Shown one piece after another: positions 51,609 to 60,043 of a DNA stretch of 64,000 nucleotides. Each line of letters opens with the position of its first letter. Positions within the stretch are counted from its first letter, which is position 1. Location: positions 80,674 through 144,673 of the forward strand of contig CAWJBI010000031.1 in assembly GCA_963841065.1 (NCBI GenBank), read 5' to 3'. The translations under genes and the position numbers were made by a program. The notes beneath the pieces were generated by a model that was not told the DNA's origin, searched no databases, and was given only the letters and a program-made list of their open reading frames with translations. The stretch comes from an uncultured Gammaproteobacteria bacterium. GTDB taxonomy: Bacteria > Pseudomonadota > Gammaproteobacteria > Chromatiales > Chromatiaceae.

Positions 51609-51639
51609 AAAAAGCCAAGCCACGGGACGGGTGGTCGGC
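51609..51639 (-). terminator. possible rho-independent terminator after ispA
   Basis: The minus strand reads GCCGACCAC-ccgtccc-GTGGCTTGGC followed by TTTTT. The stem is imperfect. Confidence 0.35.
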
Positions 51640-51657
51640 GAGGCGATGGTTCTCTGC

Positions 51658-52557
51658 TTACCGGTCCCGCTCGATGATGTAAGGGGCAATCCAACGCAGC
51701 GGATCGGCCTTGGCGTCGAAGGGCTCCAGGCTGGCGAGGGCCTCGCCGACCAGATCGGCGGCCGCCTGGCGCGCGGCGTCCAGGCCCATGAGGGCCGGGT
51801 AGGTGGCCTTAGCCTGGGCCAGGTCCTTGCGATGGGTCTTGCCCAGGATGGCGGTGGGGGCCTCGATATCCAGGATATCGTCGCGAATCTGGAAGGCCAG
51901 CCCCAGGCACTTGGCGTAGCGGTCCAGCCGGTCCGCCAGGTCCGGAGCCAGGCCCGGCGCGGCCTGGCTGGCCATGTTGACGCTGGCGCGAATCAGGGCG
52001 CCCGTCTTATGGATATGGATGTTCTCCAGGGTGATCAGGTCGATCTCCTGGCCTTCGGCCTCCAGATCCATGGCCTGGCCCCCCGCCATGCCGCGGGAAC
52101 CCGAGGCCCAGGCGAGGCGGTCGATCATGGCCAGACGGACCGCGGGCCCCACCGCCAGGGTCTCGTCCCGGGCCAGGACCAGAAAGGCCTGCGTCATGAG
52201 GGCATCGCCGGTCAGGATGGCGGTAGCCTCGTCGAAGGCCTTGTGACAGGTGGGACGGCCCCGGCGCAGATCGTCGTCATCCATGGCCGGCAGGTCATCG
52301 TGGATCAGCGAATAGGCGTGAATCATCTCCACCGCGCAGGCGATGGCGTTCACCGCCGCCGGCGCCAGGCCGACGGCCGCGGCAGTGGCATAGACCAGGG
52401 TCGGGCGGACCCGCTTGCCGCCACCCAGGACGGCGTAACGCATGGCCCGGTGCAACTTGGCGGGGGGCGCCTGTTCCGGGGGCAGCCAGGCCTCCAGGGC
52501 GGCCTCGATGCGCTGGCCGCAGGCGGCGAGAAAGTCCGTCAGTTGAGTATCAGACAT
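51658..52557 (-). CDS. ispA: (2E,6E)-farnesyl diphosphate synthase
   Basis: ATG at 52557 overlaps the xseB stop by 8 nt. The first DDxxD motif is in LIHDDLPAMDDDDLRRG, and the second is in FQIRDDILD. Confidence 0.9.
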   Translation of the reverse strand: MSDTQLTDFLAACGQRIEAALEAWLPPEQAPPAKLHRAMRYAVLGGGKRVRPTLVYATAAAVGLAPAAVNAIACAVEMIHAYSLIHDDLPAMDDDDLRRGRPTCHKAFDEATAILTGDALMTQAFLVLARDETLAVGPAVRLAMIDRLAWASGSRGMAGGQAMDLEAEGQEIDLITLENIHIHKTGALIRASVNMASQAAPGLAPDLADRLDRYAKCLGLAFQIRDDILDIEAPTAILGKTHRKDLAQAKATYPALMGLDAARQAAADLVGEALASLEPFDAKADPLRWIAPYIIERDR

Positions 52558-52792
52558 GGTCGGCAAAGGGCTCCAGTTCGGCATCCGCGGATTTGGCGGA
52601 GAGGATCTGGACGCGTTGCTCGGCCTGGTCCAGCGTCTTCTGGCAGGTGCGCGCCAGCCCGATGCCCCGCTCGAAGGCCTCCAGGGATGCCTCCAGGCTT
52701 AGGTCCCCCTTTTCGAGGCTATCCACCAAGGCTTCGAGATCGCTCAGGGCCTGCTCGAAGCCGGCCAGCGGGGTCTGGGTATCGGGGGTCAT
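52550..52792 (-). CDS. xseB: exodeoxyribonuclease VII small subunit
   Basis: 80 aa. FEQALSDLEALVDSLEKGDLSLEASLEAFERGIGLARTC is canonical XseB. It shows xseB-ispA synteny. Confidence 0.9.
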   Translation of the reverse strand: MTPDTQTPLAGFEQALSDLEALVDSLEKGDLSLEASLEAFERGIGLARTCQKTLDQAEQRVQILSAKSADAELEPFADHV

Positions 52793-52947
52793 GGGTGGGC
52801 TGCGGCCTTCTGGTTGGGAGGAGGGAGGGGATTCTCAAGGGCCCCTGGGGACACGGAACCCCCATGCACATTTGAATCCGCCGAAGCAGCTAGGTTACCT
52901 TTCACCCCTTTTGGCGGTCAAATCTCGCAGAGGAGCGCGAATCCGGC

Positions 52948-54840
52948 ATGATAAGCACCTACAACGCCGCCGCCATCGAGGTCCTGAGCGGCCTGGACCC
53001 GGTCCGCAAGCGCCCGGGCATGTACACCGACACCACCCGGCCTAATCACCTGGCCCAGGAGGTCATCGACAACAGCGTGGACGAGGCCTTGGCCGGCCAT
53101 GCCAGGACCATCGCCGTCGTCTTATACGCCGATGGCTCCCTGGAGGTCAGCGACGATGGCCGTGGCATGCCGGTGGACCTCCATCCCGACGAGGGCCTGC
53201 CCGGGGTCGAGGTCATCCTCACCAAGCTCCACGCCGGGGGCAAGTTCTCCAACGACAGCTATCGCTTCGCCGGTGGTCTCCACGGGGTCGGCGTCTCCGT
53301 CGTCAACGCCCTCTCCCAGCACCTGGAGGTCTGGGTCAAGCGCGACGGCCAGGAGTACAACATGGCCTTCGCCCACGGCGACAAGGTCTCGGACCTGGAG
53401 CCCGTCGGCAAGGTCCCCCGCAAGGAGACGGGCACCCGTCTGCGCTTCTGGCCCGACCCCGGCTACTTCGACAGCCCACGCTTCTCCATCCGCCGCCTCA
53501 AGCATCTCCTGCAGGCCAAGGCCGTCCTCTGCCCCGGACTGACCGTCAGCTTCCGCGACGAGGCCAGCCAGGAGGAGACGACCTGGTACTACGAAGACGG
53601 CCTCAAGGACTATCTGGTCCAATCCCTGCCCGACCGCGAAATCATCCCCGCCGACCCCTTCACCGGCAATATGGAAGGCACCACCGAGGCCGCCGCCTGG
53701 GCCCTGGTCTGGCTCCCCGCCGGCGGCGAGCCCTTCGCCGAGAGCTATGTCAACCTCATTCCCACCGTCCAGGGCGGAACCCACGTCAATGGCCTGCGTA
53801 CCGGCCTGACCGAGGCGGTGCGGGATTTCTGCGAGTTCCGCAACCTCTTGCCCCGGGGCGTCAAGCTGGCCCCCGAGGACGTCTGGGCGCGCTGCGCCTA
53901 CATCCTCTCCGTCAAGCTCCTCGACCCCCAGTTTTCCGGCCAGACCAAGGAACGCCTCTCTTCCCGCGAGTGCGCCGCCTTCGTCGCCGGCGTCGTCCGC
54001 GACGCCTTCAGCCTCTGGCTCAACCAGCACGTCCAGGACGGCGAGGCCATCGCCCAGCTCGCCATCGGCGCCGCCCAAGCCCGCCTGCGCGCCGGCCGCA
54101 CCGTGGTGCGCAAGAAGATCACCGCCGGTCCCGCCCTGCCCGGCAAGCTCGCCGACTGCACCGCCACCGATCCCGCGCGCGGCGAACTCTTCCTGGTCGA
54201 GGGCGACTCCGCCGGCGGCTCCGCCAAGCAGGCCCGCGACCGCGAGTTCCAGGCCATCCTGCCTCTGCGCGGCAAGATCCTCAACACCTGGGAGGTCGAT
54301 TCCAGCGAGGTGCTGGGATCCCAGGAGGTCCATGACATCGCCGTCGCCATCGGGGTGGACCCCGGCGACGACGATCTCTCCAGACTCCGATTTGGCAAGG
54401 TCTGCGTCCTCGCCGACGCCGACTCCGACGGCGCCCACATCGCCACCCTGCTCTGCGCCCTCTTCCTGCGCCACTTCCCGCGCCTGGTGGCCGAGGGCCA
54501 TGTTTACGTCGCCCTGCCGCCCCTCTACCGTATCGACGTCGGCAAGCAGGTCTTCTACGCCCTTGACGAGGACGAAAAGCGCGGCATCCTCGACCGCATC
54601 GCCGCCGAAAAGCTCAAGGGCAAGGTCAACGTCCAGCGCTTCAAGGGCCTGGGCGAGATGAACCCCGGCCAGTTGCGCGAGACCAGCATCCACCCCGACA
54701 CCCGCCGCCTGGTGCAACTGACCATCGAAGATCCCACGCAGAGCCAGCAACTCATGGACATGCTCTTGGCTAAGAAACGTGCCAGCGACCGCCGTGCCTG
54801 GCTCCAGGATAAGGGCGACCTGGCGGAGGTGACGCTGTGA
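52948..54840 (+). CDS. parE: DNA topoisomerase IV subunit B
   Basis: 630 aa. GHKL ATPase N-terminus (GLDPVRKRPGMYT, EVIDNSVDEA), Toprim motif EGDSAGGSAK, and PLRGKILN. The length fits ParE rather than GyrB. Confidence 0.9.
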   Translation: MISTYNAAAIEVLSGLDPVRKRPGMYTDTTRPNHLAQEVIDNSVDEALAGHARTIAVVLYADGSLEVSDDGRGMPVDLHPDEGLPGVEVILTKLHAGGKFSNDSYRFAGGLHGVGVSVVNALSQHLEVWVKRDGQEYNMAFAHGDKVSDLEPVGKVPRKETGTRLRFWPDPGYFDSPRFSIRRLKHLLQAKAVLCPGLTVSFRDEASQEETTWYYEDGLKDYLVQSLPDREIIPADPFTGNMEGTTEAAAWALVWLPAGGEPFAESYVNLIPTVQGGTHVNGLRTGLTEAVRDFCEFRNLLPRGVKLAPEDVWARCAYILSVKLLDPQFSGQTKERLSSRECAAFVAGVVRDAFSLWLNQHVQDGEAIAQLAIGAAQARLRAGRTVVRKKITAGPALPGKLADCTATDPARGELFLVEGDSAGGSAKQARDREFQAILPLRGKILNTWEVDSSEVLGSQEVHDIAVAIGVDPGDDDLSRLRFGKVCVLADADSDGAHIATLLCALFLRHFPRLVAEGHVYVALPPLYRIDVGKQVFYALDEDEKRGILDRIAAEKLKGKVNVQRFKGLGEMNPGQLRETSIHPDTRRLVQLTIEDPTQSQQLMDMLLAKKRASDRRAWLQDKGDLAEVTL

Positions 54841-54980
54841 CCACTACCAAGGCGCTCGCCGCTCAGGGCTTAGATTGCCCTTGGAGGGGGAGGCAGCCCG
54901 CGCCATGGTGTCCAGAACTGATGGGTATTCGCCACCCTGCTATGCATTCTCAGATAGCCGGCTGGTAACGGTTTGTCGCG

Positions 54981-55025
54981 GGTACTTAACAACCACCGGC
55001 TTAGAGCCGGTGGTTGTTAAGTACC
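54981..55025. terminator. perfect 20-bp hairpin between convergent parE and helicase genes (no U tract)
   Basis: GGTACTTAACAACCACCGGC-ttaga-GCCGGTGGTTGTTAAGTACC. Confidence 0.4.
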
Positions 55026-55115
55026 GGCAGCAGATGGGTGCGCGGGAACAAGTCTCGGTGGCATTGAACTCCTCCTGGATGATACGGGCTCCTTACTGGT
55101 TGAGGCCTTTCAGTC

Positions 55116-56450
55116 TCACCGCCGTTTCAGGGGGCCGAATCCCCCTTCCGTCTCTCCTTGGCCATCCAGGGTCGAGGGTTGACGCCGTTTCCCGATATCC
55201 TTACGGTCCCGGTGGCGCTCCTTGACCTTGGGGGCCTTTTCGACTGACTTCCTGGGCCGGTTGCCTTCGGGTTTCTTCCGGGGCGTCCTCGACCGGGTCG
55301 GGCCTGTATATCGGGCCTCCAGGCCAGGTAGCTTCAAGGGCTCCAGCACCAGTTGGAGATAGCGCTCGATGCTCTCCATGCGGTTCCACTCGGACGAGCT
55401 CACCAGGGTAATGGCGAGGCCCAAGGCCCCGGCACGGCCAGTGCGACCGGTGCGATGCAGGTAATCGCTGCCGCTGCGGGGCACCTCGAAATTGATCACC
55501 AGGTCCATTCCGGGCACGTCCAGGCCGCGGGCCGCCACGTCCGTGGCCACCAGGACCCGGATGCGGCCCTCCCGCAGGAGATTCAACACCCGGTTGCGCT
55601 CGCCCTGGTCCAGTTCGCCATGCAGGCTGGCGGCGCGATGACCCTTGCCGACCAGGAAATTGCCCAGGGCCGCCGCCTGCTCGCGCGTATTGGTGAAGAC
55701 CAGCACCTTCTCCACCGTGCTGGCGGTCAGCAGGGCATCGAGGAGGGTCCGCTTGTGCTCCAGGTCGTCCGCCAGCAGGCGCTGGTGATGGATGTCGGGG
55801 TGGGCGGCGCGGTGATGGTCGGCCTGGACCCGCTGGGGGTCGCGCAGGGCCGCGTCGATAAAGGACTGGATGCCGGTCCGGGTCAGGGTCGCCGAGAAGA
55901 GCAGGGACTGGCGGTCCGGGTTGCACACCTCGATGATCCGCATGACATCGGGGGCGAAGCCCATGTCCAGCATGCGGTCGGCCTCGTCCAGAACCAGGAC
56001 CTCCAGATCCCCCAGGTCCGTCGCGCCCCGCTCCAGATGATCCAGGAGTCGCCCCGGCGTGGCGATGAGGATGTCCGGATTGCGGCGCAGGCCGGCCACC
56101 TGTTGACTGGCGGAGACGCCGCCAACGATGACCCCGGCGGTGAGCCGCGTGAAGCTGGCGACCTGGAGGAAATGCTCCTGGATCTGATAGGCCAGCTCCC
56201 GGGTCGGCGCCAGGACCAGGGCGCGGATGCCCTGGCGCGGCGCCGGCTGGGCCAGAAAGCGCTGCATCATGGGCAGCAGGAAGGCGATGGTCTTGCCCGA
56301 CCCGGTGGCGGCGGTCACCAGCAGGTCGGAACCGGCGATGGCGAGCGGGATCACCAGCCGCTGGACCGGGGTCGGCTCGCTGAATCCCAGCTTATCCAGG
56401 CCCCGCATCAGGGCCTCGGGCAGATCGAAATCGGTAAAGTTAGCGTTCAT
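55116..56450 (-). CDS. rhlE: DEAD-box ATP-dependent RNA helicase (RhlE-like)
   Basis: ATG at 56450. Q motif region FTDFDLPE...GFSEPTPVQ, motif I ATGSGKT, DEAD (VLDEADRM), SAT, HRTGRTGRAG, and a basic C-terminal tail. Confidence 0.8.
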   Translation of the reverse strand: MNANFTDFDLPEALMRGLDKLGFSEPTPVQRLVIPLAIAGSDLLVTAATGSGKTIAFLLPMMQRFLAQPAPRQGIRALVLAPTRELAYQIQEHFLQVASFTRLTAGVIVGGVSASQQVAGLRRNPDILIATPGRLLDHLERGATDLGDLEVLVLDEADRMLDMGFAPDVMRIIEVCNPDRQSLLFSATLTRTGIQSFIDAALRDPQRVQADHHRAAHPDIHHQRLLADDLEHKRTLLDALLTASTVEKVLVFTNTREQAAALGNFLVGKGHRAASLHGELDQGERNRVLNLLREGRIRVLVATDVAARGLDVPGMDLVINFEVPRSGSDYLHRTGRTGRAGALGLAITLVSSSEWNRMESIERYLQLVLEPLKLPGLEARYTGPTRSRTPRKKPEGNRPRKSVEKAPKVKERHRDRKDIGKRRQPSTLDGQGETEGGFGPLKRR

Positions 56451-56505
56451 GGGGTCGCAACATACACCAAACCGCGGCAACGGGCAGCCAATCGCCACAT
56501 CTGGA

Positions 56506-57630
56506 TCAGCCAGCCTTGCCCCGCCAGGTATAGACGGCGGTCACGGCGTAGTTCCAGACGGCGCCCACCAGGATGCCGGCGAGGGCGGAGAGGATCCAGC
56601 CGGAATCGCCTTCGAATAGGTAGGTGGCGATGCCGACATTGGCGATGGCGCCGACGGCGCAGGCCAGGACGAAGGAGAACCAGCCCCAGATCAGTTGCCG
56701 GCCGCGCAGCCGGACGTCGCGGTAGGTCAGGCTGTTGTTGAGGAAGAAGTTGGTGGTCATGGCCACCAGGGCGGCCACTGTCTGGCCCAGGAGGAAGGAG
56801 GCCCCCAGGAAGCGGTTCAGGAACCAGAGCACCGCCAGGTGCACCACCACCCCGGAGCCGCCGATGAGGGAGAAGGCGATGAAGCGTACCGGGATACGGG
56901 GGCCGACGAGCTTTTGCAGCAGCATCAGGGCGTATTCCCAGAGCACGGCGTTGTCGAGTTTGCTTTCCCCGGCCTGGCGCTGCCGGAAGCCGTAGGGGAC
57001 CTCCTCGAATTTCAGGGGCCGGGGCACGGAGGCCAGGATGTCGAGGAGGATCTTGTAGCCGATCCCACTGAGGTCGTAGACGCAGTCGGCCAGGATCTCG
57101 GCCCGCACCAGGAAGAAGCCGCTCATGGGGTCGGTGAGGTCCGCATGGGTCAGGCGCCGGGCCAGGCGGCTAGCGAACCGGCTCATGGATTGGCGGCGCT
57201 CGTTCCAGTCGCCGAGGCTGCCGCCGGCGACGTAGCGACTGCCGACGACCAGGTCGAGTTCCCCGGCCTTGATGCGCTCCAGCATCAGGGGTAGACGGGT
57301 CTCGTCGTGTTGCAGATCGGCGTCGATGACCGCCAGATAGGGCGCCGTGCTCGCCAGCATGCCCTCGATGCAGGCAGAGGAGAGACCCCGGCGGCCAACC
57401 CGCCGCAGCAAGCGAATCCGGGGGTCCCGCCGCGCCAGCTCCTGGACCCGCGCCGCCGTGCCGTCGGGGGAATCGTCATCGACGAAAATGATCTCCCAGG
57501 CGATGCCCTGGAGGCAGGCCTGGAGCCGCCGGGCGATTTCCGCCACGTTTTCGGCCTCGTTGAAGGTCGGGATGATGACAGCGACTTCGGGCGGCGGGCA
57601 AGAGCCCAGCGCCGGGGTGGGGTCGGACAT
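56506..57630 (-). CDS. GT2 polyprenyl-phosphate glycosyltransferase fused to a GtrA-like membrane domain
   Basis: The N-terminal region VAVIIPTFNEAENV...IFVDDDSPDGT...VIDADLQHD is Dpm1/ArnC-like. The C-terminal ~120 aa have 4 TM segments of GtrA type (FSLIGGSGVVVHLAVLW...NYAVTAVYTW). Confidence 0.8.
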   Translation of the reverse strand: MSDPTPALGSCPPPEVAVIIPTFNEAENVAEIARRLQACLQGIAWEIIFVDDDSPDGTAARVQELARRDPRIRLLRRVGRRGLSSACIEGMLASTAPYLAVIDADLQHDETRLPLMLERIKAGELDLVVGSRYVAGGSLGDWNERRQSMSRFASRLARRLTHADLTDPMSGFFLVRAEILADCVYDLSGIGYKILLDILASVPRPLKFEEVPYGFRQRQAGESKLDNAVLWEYALMLLQKLVGPRIPVRFIAFSLIGGSGVVVHLAVLWFLNRFLGASFLLGQTVAALVAMTTNFFLNNSLTYRDVRLRGRQLIWGWFSFVLACAVGAIANVGIATYLFEGDSGWILSALAGILVGAVWNYAVTAVYTWRGKAG

Positions 57631-57747
57631 GGTGGCTTGTTCCTGTGGCGAGCGCCAGCGGCTCCCCGCGGGCTTGATTATTGTAAGCTATAGGGCCCTT
57701 GGCGGACAGCCGTCCCCCTTGCCTCCCTGACCCTGCCTCGGAACGCC

Positions 57748-59325
57748 ATGCCCTCAGGTCGATCGCTCCCGGATGCCGATCCCACCCGTCACTGGGTGGT
57801 CTGGGCCTTCGCCTTTATCCTCCTCTGGCGGCTGTGGGCGGCCTGGATCCTCCCGGTGACCCAGGACGAGGCCTACTATTTCGACTGGGCCCTCCACCTC
57901 GACTGGGGCTATTTCGACCACCCGCCGGGGGTGGCCCTGCTGGGCCTGGGCGCGCGGTTGGTCCCGGCCTCGGCCCTGGCGGGGCGGCTCGGCAATCTCC
58001 TGGCCGCGACCCTGACCTTGCTGGTGCTCATCCGCTTCTACCGCGCCTGCGGCCTGGATGCCCGGCAAGTGTTTCTGGCCCTGGTGATGACGGGCGCGAC
58101 CTTCGCGGGCCTGGTCTCCGGCGTCCTGGCCACCCCCGACACCCCCCTGGCCCTGGCCTGGGCCCTGGCGCTGCACGAGGGGCTGGCGGCCCTGCGCGAT
58201 GACCGGCGCCGCTGGGTGACGGCGGGCCTGGCCACCGGGCTGGGACTGCTCGGCAAGTATGGCATGGCCCTTATTGGCCCCGTCTTTCTCTGGGCCATCC
58301 TCTGGGCGGACCCCAAGGCCTTGCGCACGCCCTGGCCCTACCTGGGGGCCCTGACGGCCCTGCTCTTCTTCGCGCCTAACCTCATCTGGAATGCCCAGAA
58401 CGACTGGCTCACCATCCGCTTCCAGTTCGGCCACGGTTTTTCCACCTCGGCCGGCGCCCTCTCGGCCGACGCCGTCGGGGCCGCCCTGGCCCTGCCCGAG
58501 CGGGCCTCCGTGCTGGAACAGGCCGGCCTGGGCGAGCGCCTGCTGGCGGTCCTGAGCTTCCTGGGTATTCAGGCCGCCCTCTGGGGCCTGATGCTTTTTC
58601 CCTTGGTCGCGGGTCTCTGGCGGGGGTGGCGCCTCCGTGCCCAGGCCAGGCCCTGGGTTTCAGACCGGGGTGCTCGCGCCCTTCTGGTCGCCGGAACGGT
58701 CTTCCCCTTGGCCTTCTTTGGTCTGGTGGCGGCCTTCAGTGCCGTTCAGCCCAATTGGGCGGTGCTCTACCTGCTGACGGGGATCCCCCTGGCGGTCCTG
58801 GCCTCGGCGGGTTATCGCCGTGCCCTGCTGGTGGCGGCCGGGGCCAATGTGTTCCTCGTCAGCCTCTATCTGCTTCACGCCCGAACCGGCATCCTGCCCC
58901 TGCCCGACAACCAGCAGCGCATCCTGCACGAGACCCATGGCTTTCAGGCCCTGGCCAGGGAACTGGAGGGTCTGTCCGGGCCTGTTTTCGCCGACCGCTA
59001 CCAGCTCGTGGCCATGACCCGGTTTTATGCCCCGGGTCTGGAAATCACCCAATGGCCCGGCCTGTTCCGGGCATCGGAATATGTGCGCGGCCAGCTTGTC
59101 CCACCGGTGGACCGGGAGGCTATCGCCCGGGCGGGAGGCTGGTGGCTGCTGAGCCGCAATCCGCCGCGGCCCGTGATCCCGGGTTTCCGGCTCGACCGGC
59201 AGAGGCTCCTGTATGATTGCCTGCGGGAGGGTTTGCTGGAGGCCACTACCGGCCAGCCAGATCCCTGCACCGAACCGATCCATCGCTGGTGGCTGCTGCA
59301 TTATGTCCCCGATCCCTCAACCTGA
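57748..59325 (+). CDS. GT-C fold glycosyltransferase, ArnT/PMT-like (family 39/83), copy 1
   Basis: 525 aa and multi-TM. Periplasmic-loop motif VTQDEAYYFDWALHLDWGYFDHPP, and GLLGKYG. Confidence 0.8.
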   Translation: MPSGRSLPDADPTRHWVVWAFAFILLWRLWAAWILPVTQDEAYYFDWALHLDWGYFDHPPGVALLGLGARLVPASALAGRLGNLLAATLTLLVLIRFYRACGLDARQVFLALVMTGATFAGLVSGVLATPDTPLALAWALALHEGLAALRDDRRRWVTAGLATGLGLLGKYGMALIGPVFLWAILWADPKALRTPWPYLGALTALLFFAPNLIWNAQNDWLTIRFQFGHGFSTSAGALSADAVGAALALPERASVLEQAGLGERLLAVLSFLGIQAALWGLMLFPLVAGLWRGWRLRAQARPWVSDRGARALLVAGTVFPLAFFGLVAAFSAVQPNWAVLYLLTGIPLAVLASAGYRRALLVAAGANVFLVSLYLLHARTGILPLPDNQQRILHETHGFQALARELEGLSGPVFADRYQLVAMTRFYAPGLEITQWPGLFRASEYVRGQLVPPVDREAIARAGGWWLLSRNPPRPVIPGFRLDRQRLLYDCLREGLLEATTGQPDPCTEPIHRWWLLHYVPDPST

Positions 59326-60037
59326 GTCCGGCCCGCGCCGCCGTTTCCTGAACGCGCCTGTCTGGCTGTGGCTGGCCTTCGCGGGCATTGGGGTGATCTT
59401 CATCCTCTTGCCCCAATTGGATCTCGCCGTCTCCGCCCTCTTCTATAGCCCGGGGGTTGGCTTCACGGCCCGTGGGACCTGGTTCGAGCGGCTGGTACAT
59501 CAATCCACCTACTGGTTCCTGGTTCTGGGCACCCCAGCCATGGTGGGCCTGTGGCTAGCCCATCGCCGCGGCTGGCTCCGGGGCTCGCTCCGGGGCCTGG
59601 GGATCGGGGGTCGGGACCTGGCCTTTTTGCTATTGGTCCTGGTCTTGGGACCGGGGCTCCTGGTCAACGGCATCCTGAAGGAGCATTGGGGTCGCGCCCG
59701 GCCCCTGGACTGCCAGGAATTCGGCGGCACCCGCGCCTTTAGCCCCGCCTTCGTCCCCTCCGACCAGGGAGGGCGTTCCTTTAGCTCGGGTCATGCCTCC
59801 GGCTCCTGCTACTGGGTCGTCGTCGCCTTGGTATTGGCCCCCCGGCGCCGGCTCTGGCTCTGGCTGGCCCTGGGCTATAGCCTTCTCGTCGCCTGGGCGC
59901 GCCTGGCCGCGGGCGGCCACTTTTTGAGTGATATCCTGGTCTCCTGGTTTATTGTCGCCCTCCTGGCCTACTGGCTGGATGGGTTGTTGTCTTCGCCCCC
60001 TCCCGAGCCGGGAGCGGCCCTGCTCCCGCCCGGATAA
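59303..60037 (+). CDS. PAP2-family membrane phosphatase (LpxE/LpxF-like candidate)
   Basis: ATG at 59303 overlaps the preceding gene by 23 nt. Acid-phosphatase motifs KEHWGRARP, SFSSGHAS and AAGGHFLSD (KxxxxxxRP ... SGH ... HxxxD). Confidence 0.75.
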   Translation: MSPIPQPESGPRRRFLNAPVWLWLAFAGIGVIFILLPQLDLAVSALFYSPGVGFTARGTWFERLVHQSTYWFLVLGTPAMVGLWLAHRRGWLRGSLRGLGIGGRDLAFLLLVLVLGPGLLVNGILKEHWGRARPLDCQEFGGTRAFSPAFVPSDQGGRSFSSGHASGSCYWVVVALVLAPRRRLWLWLALGYSLLVAWARLAAGGHFLSDILVSWFIVALLAYWLDGLLSSPPPEPGAALLPPG

Positions 60038-60043
60038 CCGCCG

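Noticed and set aside
52669-52702. 14-nt match (GGCCTCCAGGGATG) to the reverse complement of the nested-hairpin core, inside xseB
   Set aside because: It lies within the conserved XseB coding block (SLEASLEAFERG). There are no flanking arms or second hairpin, so it is most likely coincidence in GC-rich coding sequence.
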